Made by a program: the position numbers and the translations under genes
Part shown: positions 33,656 to 46,386 of the stretch, in pieces
How positions within the stretch are numbered: position 1 is the first letter of the stretch
How the letters are laid out: each line of letters starts with the position of its first letter
Source: Tubiluchus corallicola
Taxonomy: Eukaryota; Animalia; Priapulida
Assembly (NCBI GenBank): GCA_030141605.1
Contig: JAQGDQ010001162.1
Span: forward strand, 1-58,185
Length of the DNA stretch: 58,185 bases
Direction: 5' to 3'
Notes under the pieces: generated by a model
The model's database searches: none
Told to the model about the DNA's origin: nothing
The model's input: only the letters and a program-made list of their open reading frames with translations

Positions 33656-33720
33656 GGCTAGACTCTCCTGCAAGAATTGAGAGAGACGCGGTGGTTTTGC
33701 GAGAGGAGGTAGCAGTCGAG

Positions 33721-35577
33721 CACTTTCACTAATGAAAGACAATAGCAACACATTTAATCAATTATGCATTTCCGCTGTTTATTGTCTAATAAAAAAATTG
33801 TCAACCAACGCAAACGACTGTACATAATATTGTTTTAAATATATCACCAGTATTGTCAGATAAACAGTTTATACAATAATAAGTTAAGAGTTAACAGCAG
33901 GAGTAATTCGTCACTATGCTACTTATCCCAATTATTAGGACACAAACTTTTCATTACAAGAAAAACCTACTGCACATTTGCACAAAGTTGACTTCAATCC
34001 TGTCACTAAGAAGCCGGAATGCAGGGAAATTGTCAACGTAAACATTTTTACGTACGAGTGAGTTTTCGTACGAAATCGTATCAATAAATAATACCATACT
34101 GCAGTTAAATTGTCCGTTATATACAACACAATTTTGCATATTCGCTATAAAACACGTTAACTAACAGTTTAGTACTTAAGAATTATTTAACTAGGAAATT
34201 TTTTAGCACTGGCAAATTTTTCATCACGATACGTATGATTCAAACCATAAAAATGACCACAAAACAGAACATTTGCTGCATTTTGCATGGGTTCATGAAA
34301 AACTGCTCTCACTTGAATATTTCAGAAAAAAACTCGTGTACTGTGCATAATTTGTCAAAAAGTAATTGAAGAAATATAGTTTTAAACTGCCGAAAACCCA
34401 AACACCAAATTTGATACAACAAACAAGTCAAATATAGCAAAAATGTGCAGAATAATTGAATTATCCATATTTGGCAAACAAGTATAAGTACATCAAAATT
34501 GAATTTATTCATTATCAAGGCATCTAAAACAAAAAAGTTTACCAGAATTTAGAAACAACATCGAAATACAATTCATTAGTTAGATAGCCGAAAGATATGA
34601 TATACCATTATATAGATAATTTAACAATTTACCTTACAGATTACATATCTTGATTGGTATGAAACTATGCTACATGTCACAAACAAACAAATATGTTAGT
34701 AGAAACAGAACTGTCAATATTAGGTAGCTGCCATTTTGTTACCGAGTTCCACAAAGATGGCCACGCAAAATGTATAGAATAGGAATTTGTTAAGACACTT
34801 GTGTTACTGTTTACAATCCACATCAGTTTAGCAGGCAGGCAAAATAGAAACGTATTTAAATTAAATATTTAGTTTAGTTTCATTAAAGTTTAATGATTAA
34901 ACCAGGGGTGTGCAAATTGTCTGACTAGCCGGGCCATATTAAACTTTGCCGCAATTCCTGTGGGCCACAGGCAGTTTGATCAAGAAGCCAAGTACAGAAA
35001 GGCCTAATAACGATTTTTTGCATCCGAGCTGCGTACATCACTACTACACTCAAGAAACTATTTTAGAAGTGATTAAAATTTATATTACAAACCATATATT
35101 TCTACTTTCAGGACAGACAGTTGTAATTTCATTACAATGCATATTAGTAATGTGTATCACACACTCTGTGTAGTACAGTGAAATTAAGCTACAACCATCT
35201 TGTAAGGGTTAATAGCATCCGATCTAGTACAAAAAACTAATCTTTGGGATCGTGGCATGGACTTCAGCTGGATACACTCAATTAATCACCCGGGCCGCAC
35301 TTTCATTAGGTTGACAAATCTCTTCGCGGGCCGCACAAATTCTCTCGGCGGGCCGCAATTTGCAAACCCCTGGATTAAACGTTCTGAGAATGCATAGAGA
35401 GATTTACTTGCAATTTGTAAGTTTACAGGACCACCTCGCAAAATAGGTTTGTTGCGAGTGCCAGCAACACAAAGACTTGTGATCAAAACAACAGCATACA
35501 AGTGCAAAGTCTACTAGTAAAACAACACAACAGTGATGCAAATAAATGTTGTTTGTATTTTCTTTGTCCCTGTTCGA
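33721..35577 (+). repeat. Segmental duplication copy 1 (contains the hAT MITE)
   Basis: Nearly identical to 53355-54807. Confidence 0.93.
34903..35372 (+). mobile_element. hAT-type MITE with 8-bp TSD
   Basis: TIR CAGGGGTGTGCAAATTG...CAATTTGCAAACCCCTG, TSD GATTAAAC; empty site visible in the paralogous segment at ~54600-54607. Confidence 0.92.
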
Positions 35578-35793
35578 TGCCAGCACTTTCTGTAACAATA
35601 CCATAGATTTGGTTTGTGTAGATCAAAGATCTTGGTGATTGCTTACGAGTGTTCTGCATTCTAGACTGTCATGCTGCTCTGATCTTCTTTGTTTAAGTTC
35701 CTAATTAGTTTAATAAATGCTGCTTTATTGTGCACGCATTTGTCTGGTTGCTAATATTATTGTAGCGTGTAACACTTTCACAAAAGCGTCACA

Positions 35794-36080
35794 TTAATAG
35801 GAACGCGTTCTGAACAGGAAATCATTTAAAATGTGCTTAACTTCAATAAAAAGTTTGTGAATAAGCCACGATGTTCCCTCAGCATTACCATTTATAAAGT
35901 ACAACAAATGGTTAAGTTGATCCTCTGTCAAGGCACAAACTCTCCTTATTTCTGGTGGCTCAGCTCTACAGCTTGATGGAGATAACTCAAGGTTTCCCAT
36001 AAGGCCACTCTGTACATCATCAACACCCCATGTGAAAAGGTAGGAATCATCAGTGTATGTGCAGGACTCTCTCAAAGTAT
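35794..36080 (-). CDS. Pentraxin terminal exon 6
   Basis: CTTCCAG acceptor, TLRESCTY..YLFTW.. to TAA; AATAAA ~65 nt downstream (35724-35729, minus strand). Confidence 0.78.
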
Positions 36081-39000
36081 CTGGAAGGCAAATAATGTGA
36101 GGGCCGTGTCAGATGTGCAAAAATTCTAGTAATTGTCTCGGTTGCGGTAATCAACAATATTTAACAGCAATAAAATACAGCAAGCAGAAGTACTCTTCCT
36201 GGCCATTTAATCCTTTAAGAACATTTAGTCGCTATGTCCTAATGTTTTGTTTAATTTAATTAGCCTTTTCACAATTCCAAACGGTTGATATTGATCGTTA
36301 TAAAGTTCAAATGTTAAGTGTACCAGGTAACGCATTTGTTTTGCAAATCTCTGTACGACTAATGCAAAATGAAATAAAGTCCACTTAAACCAACGGACGT
36401 TACTGAAGTAATGCGGGCGACGAGTTTGTTTTACTACACGTCACGTGACCATTGTAGTTAAGATGTGTTGCTGTGGTACACTTGACGTTTGAAATGCAGC
36501 AGCTGCGCATGCGCGCGGTGAAAAGGCTTATTGGTAGACCTTTCATCCAGTGAGATATGTGATGGAAAAATACAAGAATCTCAAAATGAAACAGTATTAA
36601 AAATCATAATTATACTAACTTATAGCACCAATGTCTAGTTTGCTGGCAGCGATTACAACTCCAGTAATCATTCCTGTAAAACTGCGTGTTGGATCAATTG
36701 TGCCGGGATTTGTTTGATCCTGCCCAACAGTCACAATTCCTCCCGTTAGTATCTGTCCGGGTGAAGAGTTAAACGCTCCTTCTGAATAACAAAACATCTC
36801 ATTTCAGTGACATAAGTGTGAGAGGAATAGGGGCGTATGAAGACTACGACGCATTAGGCTGATAGTTCTGTCCTGTCGGCTTCTATTGTGAATTTGTAGT
36901 TGTTTATGTAATGAGCTGCTCAAACAATTACTTGTGGTGTATTAGAAATGAAATTAACGTAGTTTCTGTGGGGTCATTATTAATTACGTATTATTTGCAT
37001 AGTGTGTATATTCACGTAGCCTGCGCAATTTCTTGTTGGATAATACCTTGGCTCTGTTTGCTGTGTGGCACTTGCCTGCAACTGCCTGCGGTGTGTTATA
37101 AAAAGTGTCCTTTGCATGAATATAAAAGTATAAACATAGTTATTTTTTCTGCGAGAATTGAAAATAATTAAATATACTCTTTATTATTATTATTATTATT
37201 AAAAATCCTGTTGTTTGGGTAATTGTATTCCTAGAGAATTAAGGTAAAAAACTAAAGCATTGAAGGTAAAAACCTAAAGGATTGTTCACACTGTCTTACA
37301 CGGACTCATGTGCGAATTTTTACTATATTTTGGGCAATCAAGGTGTAACTCGTGACAGCGGGACTGCTTGGCAAAACATCCTAACAACAATTTAACAATC
37401 TCTTAGACACGCTGTCGCAACCATTTTTTCTCAAGGTAAATTTTTAATTGATTAACAAAATTTTTACCTAATTTTATGCAGCAGCACCTATTGCGTTATT
37501 CTGTTCTAAAAACTCACAAAAATGTAAACTGCACAATTGTTATACATGTTTCTCCTTTCCAACTAACTACTGATGCTATTACTGTATTACTGTGTGTATC
37601 AAGTGACCATCAAGCAATTTTGTCTGCAACCTGTGCTGTAACAACCAGACTAAGTATGAAAGTAAAATTCTCAAGGTCACCCCAGGGCTTGACTCTGAGG
37701 TGTTTATTGTTGACTAGGTAACTTGACTTAAACGTTAACCAAAGAGAAACCGCTATAGCTAGGTAGTGATGAGTAAAATATATAGGAGTTTTCAGGCAAA
37801 GGGGAAGATATTAATCAGTAGAAATATGAATAAAACTCCTCGAATGTTTAATTTATATGATTTGAGCAGTATTGATTTTTCTCTCTGGAATGTATCTTTT
37901 TCATTACTTTCTATGGAAGTCTTGGCTTCGTTTAATACCTTTTCGATTCCTTCTGTATAGAGAAAGACAATCGTATCTCACACTCGTTATATTCCGCATC
38001 AGTTAAACTCACAGCAGAGATACCTGCTACATGTAGTTTTGTGCTGACGCAATCAGAATGGTCACGTGTCCGGGGATTGTTTCGGCGCGCACGAGTCTGC
38101 AGAAGACGAGTGTACAAGAGCGGACATGTTTGTTTAGATTACTAGTGTTGTAAAAGTTTCGTCAGCGTCTTTGTTTGTGAAATTGTCATAGAAGTTCTTG
38201 TTTCACACCGCAAGTTGTGTATTTCAGAAAATATCAATATACAAATATTTGTGGCAAATTCGACTGTTTTACGATTTTCGATATACAAGTAAATTATAGA
38301 TAATTAGCTCTGAAACTTGGGCGAAGTGACAGGGCATCGCCACAAGTTTAACACCTTTTCGATTCCTTCTTTATAGAGAAAGACAATCGTATCTCACACT
38401 CGTTATATTCCGCATCAGTTAAACTTACAGCAGAGATACCATGTACTTTACCTTCAACCACGCCATCAGCAGAAACGCAGTATTCACCGTTGCCAACATT
38501 TTTATAAGAAGCACACACGTGATGCCATTGATTGTCTCTGAGATTTATGCCAAGAAAATTTGGTGCACTAAAAACAAAAATTTTTGTGCTTAATAAACAT
38601 TTTGCTCCACATAGTAGGGGTGAGCATTCTCTACCAGAAAGCAAATTCGAATCGAACCGAATTTGTGACTTTCGAATTCGAATCGAACCGAACTTCAGTG
38701 TTTCGAATTCGAATTGAGATTGAAAGATTTTCGAATAACTTTTCGAACCACCATTAAAAATTAGTCTTACAAAGATCGTGCATATCACTAAATTTTGTTC
38801 TGCAATAAAACGACTAGTAATTTCTTTAAAATTGTGCGCAGAAATCACAGCTAAATTACGCTAATTGCATGATGATGTTTCAATCGTTTTAGTGATAAAG
38901 AACATATGCGATTGAAGTGCTGAATTATTCGAATCTATAGTTTTGGAATCGAATCGAGTTCGAACTGAAAAAACTCGTTCGAATCGACTCGAACGTTCGA

Positions 39001-42000
39001 TGCTCACCCCTACCACATAGAGCATTGACAACATTGATGAAAATTGGTATCCAAAAAAAATAAACATGCATGCAGTAGTGTTATAATAAATTTTAAAATG
39101 AATTGTCCGACTGGAACTACTTGAGTAAATTAGCTTGATATTTTTACTTATCCAAAAAATAAATGTGCAAATTGTTACAATAAATTAATTCAAATTGAAT
39201 TGTCTGACTTCTTCGGTCTACTCAAAGTATCCAAAAACCATTCTACTGCGCAGCAGTTCGCGCAGTTTATGCCGCAAAAATGACATACGTTACAATAAAA
39301 TTTCGTCACTTCCTCTTTTTACACTTTGGTCTACTTGTGTAAATTAACTTTGTACTTCAACTCATCCGTAGCCACTGGTTAACTAGACAGCCAATCACTC
39401 GTTAATTTAATTTTGCATGGCTTGTTTTTGTTTACTTTACTTTACCTGTACAGGTAAATTTATACAATACACTGCATGATATATGCATGCAGGCTAAAAT
39501 TGGTTTATAAAGTATCTTATAAAATTATACAAATTAGTTGATAAATATATTTGCAATTTTTGTTAGGATTGTGCATGTTGTTTGATTTTTCTTTTATTTA
39601 CATAATTATTTAAAACTGATATTAAAAACTTTATAACGGTTATAAACGGTTATTAAAAAATTTATAACCGCATGTGTTTTCGATATTTTTGTTTTTATAA
39701 AGAAATGTATGTCTCATGAGAAATGTATATATATATATATATATTTAGTTACTGACTGTGTCCACAGATTGGGATACTGATTGTGCATGACCTTTTCCTT
39801 CCTTTACGATCATTTAAGCATGAAATTAAATTGCGTGTTATATTATTTTCCTAAGTTCATTGAGTCATTGATTTTGTTAGTTTTTGGTAACCTTATTTCC
39901 GTTCTCTTTAGTTAAAAATTAGAAATAAGCAGTAATTAGCAGTAATTACTGCACTGCACAATAATAATTTAATACTTTGGGGTGGCTGATTCGATAACAA
40001 ACGCCACCCCTTCCCTTTTGTTTGGCTTTTCTTATTTATACTTATTTTTATTTATAGTGTTATTGGGATAAAAAAAAATAAATGATTTGATTTGATTTGT
40101 TATCATTTTACTAGTTCATAAAAATGAGTTTATTATGCTTACCCTAGTTTACCGTTGAAGACTATTAGGAGAGTGGTGCCACTCAACGAAAGTATGAATT
40201 GATTCTGCATCGATACAGCATATTCTATTAACGTCATACTGCTGGGGTTATTCGTTTTCATCCACTGAAAAATTACATAAGGAAAATGGTAGCTCTAGTC
40301 TAAATAATTATGCAAATACTGGAGCAGAAAGGGTCTGACTAAGGAGTCTGGACATACTAGCTCCAATGATGCAAAAAATGTGATGCCGAATTTCATATGG
40401 AGCGTTTTGGATTTGCAAGCCAACTAAACCCACAATAGCAAAGTAGCATGGATATACATTTATAATAATGTAGGTAAAAAACATAGATAAAGAAGCTTTG
40501 TTACTGATCTTCATCTATAAATCCGTCTTTTGTAGATTTAGACGGCTGACAATGTTGTTTGCACAGCCAAAACATCCCAAAACAGGGTTCTACATCATTC
40601 ATTCATTGTTCTAGTTCTAGATGTTATATGCTATGTGGCGCTATCAAGTAAATAAGCCTTTTTACAGTTTCGGTGTGCGGCCAGTTGCTGTAGGTCGAAG
40701 GTTAAGTGTACCACAGCAACGCTTCTTAACGACAACCGTCACGTGACATGTGTTTTAAAGCAAAGCTCTCTGCCCAACAGTTTAGTAACTTCAGCAGTTT
40801 TACGTGGACTTTACTAAATTATGCATTAGTCTGCACGTAGAGTGATTTACTAGCAGGATCTTGCTTAGGAAAAAGAAAAAATGAACTAGGTAAAGCTCTA
40901 GCTAGCTGTGCTACCATTATGACAGCATGGCCTGTGATGCATTATCAAGTGTACACAAATGCGTTGTCTGGTACACTTAACCTTTGACCTTCCCATGATC
41001 ATCATCAATCGCTGGAACTGTGACGAGGACTATTACTACATATTAACCATACCTCCTAGCGAAATTTACTTTTGTCAAATAGCTACTGTACTGATTTTTT
41101 CAGGCAATTAAACTGATATAAGCTATAAAACTCCCTTATTCACAAACACACCAACATTCAGCGAAAAAAAAAGAAAATTTACGGTTATACAAAAATACTT
41201 TGTATTTATAGATACTAATTTCTTGTTGATTTTGCTGTTATTATGTACGCTCGATACGGTTGTCGTTGGTTGTCGTTGTTGCTGTCATTGTCACTGTCGT
41301 CATTGTTGTCGTTGATGCTGTTGCTACCATCGTTTTCGTTGTTGTCGATGTTGTGGTTGTGGCTGTCTTTGTCATTCGTTGTACTTGTTGTCAAACGGTT
41401 CAGTGATTATATCGCCTACAGACGTTGTTTTATACTTCTGACTTGGAAGTAATCAATTCTGCTGTATAGATTCTTTATGGAAAATGAATAAATATAAAAT
41501 ATTTGGAAAATTATAAAATATTTGAAAAATTATAAAATATTTGGAAAATTATAAAATATTTGGAAAATAATAAAATACTACACCCACCGCTGAACGGGCT
41601 ATTTATCCATACCCAGCACCACCCTCGGCCCGTTCCCGTTCTCCAGATCTCAGGCGTATAACTTTTGCAAAAAACGGCCGAAAAATGGCCATTTTTGGAG
41701 GTTTTTCGCCCCCTGTTTCTCCCGGTGGGCCCCATTTGAAAAATAAACCCCCAATGAGACGACACTAGATCGAGACCTTTCGTTTGATATATAGATCGCC
41801 GCAAATGGTGCCGTCGGCGAGCTGTAGCCTCGAATCTTATATATATATATACCAAGAATATTAATATATAGATTTGGAAAATTGTAAAAGATTTGGAAAA
41901 AAATAAAATATTAGAAAAATTTGCAAAAGTAAAATATTGGTACTTACTCCTAAAGTCAAATGTTAGGTTAACAGCACCTACCAGGCACATTGTTATTTCA

Positions 42001-43765
42001 TCCATGACAGATGTGATGACGCCATCTAGCTTTATATAATCCATAGGATTACGTGTAGGAAAGTTTACCATCAACCCGTCTGGTTCTGTTGGAACTTCGA
42101 CATCGTGACAAGTTGGATTAAGGTCTACAATGACAAAATTGAGGTTAAATTAAACAAGTCCTTGCTAGACAAATCAAGATGAGAAAGATTTCGGAAAATG
42201 GGTATTATGTGTGTGGAAGTTGTAACTGTATATTTTTAGGTGCTGCCATCTATTGACTAATCACTTTACATTTTACTAGCTAAACTCACCCCTAGTATAA
42301 TTGTTCGGTCCAGTGAATATGCATACTCACTGGATCTCTCCCTATTTTACTGTAATGATATTTGTGAAGCCAAGTTTGCATAATTACCTCTACCTATATA
42401 TACTGACTGGATTCTACTTCTAGTCACTCTCTGTCACGCTCTCAGTGCAGTGCAGTCGTGCTACTCATGTGACTCTCTGTCACACTCTCAATGCAGTGCA
42501 GAAGTCATGCCAGTCGTGATACTCATGTCACTTACTGTCTAACTCTCAGTGATCATTGCAGGACACTCTTGTCCTCAGTGTGCAGTGTAGCCGTCATTCT
42601 ACATATGTGTGTGTAGTCTAATAAACGTTTTCAGTTTTGTGCAGTTTTATTGTTTTTCTACAAAGTGTTCAACTACAACCTCAAACATGACAGAAAAATC
42701 TTCTAAAATAGCCACAAATCGTTTTCATAAATATCAGCAAGGAAGCGCAATCTATTACAATATTGCAAAATTGCACGAGAGAAATTTGCTGTTTCAGATT
42801 AAGATGTACAACGTTAATACGTACAACCTTCAAATAATTAAACAAGTTTCCTATGCGAATCCAATAAGAACATTTTAAAAATCCACATTGATTGGCAGTT
42901 TCTAAATTTAATTAATTGCTTTTAATTGCATGAATTTTAATTTGTAAAATTTTGCTCTGGATGTCTGCTGAAAAAATTTTGCACTAGGCCTACATGATGT
43001 GACACCTAGGCCTACATGATGTGAGTCTAGACCTACATGATGTGTATATAGATTAAATCTCAAATTTTATGCTAAAATCTAAACGGTTATTCGTTGTGAT
43101 TGCTAGGACCCTGGTGGCGAGACCCCGACGACGAAACAGTAGATTTTCAAGTCTAGAACATTACTAGAAAGCAAGCACATTTAACATTGCATTGATTAGT
43201 ATTATGAATTGTACTTTGTATATGAGAAATGGACCGAAGGTGGCCATAATCAGAAATTACCTGAATTCAAAATATGGACAAAATCACAAAAAAAAATCGC
43301 TAACCTTCGATCTTTCTGATTCCACGTCTTACGAACGTCTTATGATGGCGAAGCTCATCTTGATAATATCCTGAATAAAAAGACGTAAATCGATATAATA
43401 TCAGTTCACCGTGTAAAAGATTTAATGTGTAATGTTAGTTTGGATGGTGGACTCTGACTAGGCATGTTGTTTAAAACTCTTATTAATTATTTTGTTAATG
43501 TCGTATTAGTAATTAATAATTAACAGTCATTGAACTCTAGTAGAACTTTGCGCCTTCCCACCCCTGCGCCGGAGGTGATTGCCCCGTCACCCCCCTGTTG
43601 TCATGCCTTTGACAAGTCCTGCTTTAAGAGTGACAGACAGCTTGAATGAGGCGAAAACAGAAATTAGCATTTTTCAAACTCACCGTCTTCAATACCACAC
43701 TGTACTGCCAAAGCCATGAGCATCAGAATCCCAGAAATGAGAAACTGCAACAGAAAAAACAGCAT
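35794..43765 (-). CDS. Secreted pentraxin-domain protein, 6 coding exons, ~303 aa
   Basis: Exons 43765-43684 (signal peptide), 42124-41982, 40264-40143, 38567-38452, 36781-36620, 36080-35794; GT-AG with consistent phases, 912 nt. Motifs ITMCLWMKT, TLIEYAV..NQFIL, DNQWHHVCASY, GGIVTVGQDQ, RSFTGMIT, YLFTW. Confidence 0.85.
36258..36532. mobile_element. MITE-like family G
   Basis: TIR-like AGCCTTTTCAC...GTGAAAAGGCT; inverted homologue at ~40652-40990. Confidence 0.55.
36620..36781 (-). CDS. Pentraxin exon 5
   Basis: TTCAG (NAGNAG) acceptor, QILTGGIVTVGQDQ..SFTGMITGV, donor GTTAGT. Confidence 0.82.
36856..37150 (+). repeat. Interspersed repeat family F
   Basis: Homologous to 21792-22090. Confidence 0.7.
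38452..38567 (-). CDS. Pentraxin exon 4
   Basis: TTTTTAG acceptor, NLRDNQWHHVCASYKN..DGVVE, phase-1 donor GTAAAG. Confidence 0.82.
38615..39012 (+). mobile_element. hAT-type MITE family C
   Basis: TIR TAGGGGTGAGCAT...ATGCTCACCCCTA, perfect 8-bp TSD CCACATAG, subterminal TTCGA repeats. Confidence 0.9.
40143..40264 (-). CDS. Pentraxin exon 3
   Basis: TTTTCAG acceptor, WMKTNNPSSMTLIEYAV..VFNGKL, donor GTAAGC. Confidence 0.82.
41577..41860 (+). mobile_element. GC-richer insert, possibly a Helitron/Helentron-derived non-autonomous fragment, inside a 20-bp AT-rich repeat
   Basis: Composition shift; ends in (TA)n-CCAAGAAT; AAATATTTGGAAAATTAT repeats on both sides. Confidence 0.35.
41982..42124 (-). 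CDS. Pentraxin exon 2
   Basis: TTGTAG acceptor, LNPTCH..NFPTRNPMDYIKL..EITMCL, donor GTAGGT. Confidence 0.82.
42212..42700 (+). mobile_element. Solo-LTR-like element (family E) in pentraxin intron 1
   Basis: Reverse-complement homology to 47144-47635, including the hairpin CCAGTGA..TCACTGG. Confidence 0.62.
43684..43765 (-). CDS. Pentraxin exon 1 (signal peptide; start codon uncertain)
   Basis: MLFFLLQFLISGILMLMALAVQCGIED, donor G|GTGAGT; an internal TTGCAG could be an acceptor for an upstream exon. Confidence 0.65.
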
Positions 43766-44125
43766 ACAGTTGCAAGAACATTTTACTGAGAATAGGATAA
43801 TTTGCAAAACAAAGTGCGCATGCGCATTACTAACCAGCTTGACTAATTTTCGACACAGTGACAGCACCTGCTGTGTGTGAGTGTGAGTGCAAACAGCAAG
43901 AACATACTGTCGCATACGGCAGAAAATCTCTGTGCAACAAACTGCACGTCTGGGAACACTATCCAGAACAATATTTGCCCGCACACGGCAACTTTTGTGT
44001 GAAGCAACCTGAGAGCGACACCCCCCCCCAAAAAAAACATGATGAAGTTTAGACTGCAATAATATCTACATGTGTGAATTTGCTCTAGAAACTTCAAATT
44101 TAATTTGTGTGATACGCCTGTTCGT

Positions 44126-44479
44126 TAGGGGTGAGCATTCTCTACCAGAAAGCGAATTCGAATCGAACCGAATTTGTGACATTCGAATCGAACCGAACTT
44201 CAGTGTTTCGAATTCGAAGCGAATTCGAATTGAGATTGAAAGATTTTCGAACAAGTTTTCGAACCAGCATTAAAAATTAGTCTTACAAAGGTCATGCATA
44301 TCGCTAGATTTTGTTCTGCAATAAAACGACTAGTAATTTGTTTAAAATTGTGCGCAGAAATCACAGCTAAATTATGCTAATTGCATGATGTTTCAATCGT
44401 TTTAGTGATCAGGAACATATGTGATTGAAGTGCTGAATTATTCGAATCGAGTTCGAACTGAAAAAACTCGTTCGAACTA
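44126..44479 (+). mobile_element. hAT-type MITE family C, right subterminus deleted
   Basis: 8-bp TSD CTGTTCGT on both sides; only CTA of the right TIR remains. Confidence 0.85.
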
Positions 44480-44879
44480 CTGTTCGTTAGCTTTTTAGTG
44501 AACATTACAAGTTTGTAACTTTAGTACAGTAATTTATGGTGGTAGAACTTTTACATTTTAAACTTAAATGCCGGAACGACATCTACGTATTTAGACAACT
44601 GAATAGATGGCAGCAAAAACTAAAAGAATCAGCCTTCTTACATCGTGGTTTTTACGACAGGCAAGTGATGTGGTGACCAAAGTGATGCGGTCATGGTCAC
44701 AGTATAAAAATTTGGACACAATTGGTTGCCGCCATTCACTTGAAAACCGTGACGTAACTGGGTGATTTGTGACTTTTCTTAAACGCGTAAAGATTTGTCA
44801 AGAAAGTGAAACCTGGTCGTATGAACTATGGGTCTGGAATTCAAAGAAAATGAACGAACGTCGCACAGAATCGTCAGTT

Positions 44880-45086
44880 TAAAGAACAAAACAAGGCATT
44901 CAGTATGTTGGGTTTATTTTACTGTTATCATTTAAACTGTTTGTGGTGTGCTAAAGGAAAGAACAAGTCACTCAGTAAGTTGGGTTCAATTTACTGTTAT
45001 CATTTAAACTGTTTGTGGTGTGTTAAAGGAAAGAACAAGTCACTCAGCATGTTAGGTTTATTTTACTGTTATCACTTTTTGTGGTG
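44880..45086. repeat. 72-bp tandem repeat (~3 copies, ~2 more at 46387-46520)
   Basis: CTAAAGGAAAGAACAAGTCACTCAGCATGTTGGGTTTATTTTACTGTTATCA.. Confidence 0.85.
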
Positions 45087-46386
45087 TTATCACCTTCTAA
45101 AATTCAAATGCCTAATGTTTCTGTTAATCTAGATCGTATAGTGTAAGGTGACTTAAGTCTATGTATCGTATAGATTGAATTTTAATATGTTCGCTTAACT
45201 CCTAAATGCTATAAGGTGAATCCTTCACCTGACTCCGAGAGCTTTGGATGTCAGTCTAGTAAGCAATGATCGTCTTATCTAAACTTCACCTTGACCTTCG
45301 CGTTGTGAGAAAGGTCTATATCTCTCAAGTTTCCTAGCTATGTCCCCGCAATATGGACGATAGTTAATACAAAGCGAACTAATCAGATTCGTATATCGGA
45401 AATAGTGTTGCTTGAGTTAAACACTGATAATATACATTAACTCAATTGTTAAATGTCCAAGAGAATTGTTTTATTGATTTACAATAATTACTGCTTAAGT
45501 ATATCTTACAAGATTTAGTCCTTAAGCGCTTTTGATGCTCACAACTATTTTGTTAGCTTCTCAAAAGTACTTCTCTGAACAATTCTTCAATTCCTAATTC
45601 CTATCACCTAAGGTGTATACTTTACACTTATTCTCACTATAGTACAATGTGAACTTATACGAACTACTAACGATATGCACAGTTAATTCTCAGTTTTACC
45701 AATATGTTAAGATTACTTAACTCTGCGGATTTGACCCAATGTACAATACAATATGGTCAATTCCGATAGTTGATACAAGATTTCTCGTCGGCTCAGTGCC
45801 CAGATTATCCTAGGAACGCAGAAAGATGTCTACGCTGAACTTCAGGAGTTGTCTTGTTGATCGAATCGCCTTCTGTGTGTTTTACCGTACACACAGCACG
45901 TGTCTCCTCCAATACGATCGGGTGGAACGAGCGCTGGGTTATTCGAACCCGGGGCTTATATTTCATTGAGGTAACCTTGCAGTAACCTTGCACAATTTCT
46001 GCGTCGTATGAGGTATCAAAATTTATGGGACAAGTTTTGAAGACGCAGTCATTATACGCCCGTAAAACGTATCCGTGTTCTTTCTTCAAAAAACAACGAC
46101 CTCGCAGAGTTTTGTTAATTACTAGCAATCTGTGCATAACGCTCATTATGAACGGTACATCCGTCTCGACTTAATGTTAGCTAATTATCTTAAGCATCTT
46201 AGAGTGTCCTGACGTAAACGCTATTTTTAGTTCTGACAACCTACGCTGTTTACAGTTCATTAAATCCGGGCTTTCAGCTGAGTGAGTTTCTTATTGCATT
46301 ATCTGTAAATTTATTCATGCAATCAGGGAGGCAGGCCCTTATACGAAAATATCGAAAATCATCGATTTATAAATTTATTCACCACA
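45080..46386. mobile_element. ~1.3-kb LTR-like insertion splitting a 72-bp tandem array
   Basis: TGTGGTG...CACCACA termini; the same repeat unit lies on both sides (44880-45086 and 46387-46520); no TSD seen. Confidence 0.45.

Noticed and set aside
38013-38023. 11-nt microexon (CAG|GTATCTCTGCT|GTGAGT) and alternative GTAAGT donor near 38428 in the pentraxin intron
   Set aside because: None of the combinations I tested gives the phase-1 junction exon 5 needs; treated as an intronic duplication.
41243-41452. Hydrophobic ORF resembling a signal or TM peptide
   Set aside because: Derived from a (GTT/GTC)n low-complexity tract in a pentraxin intron.
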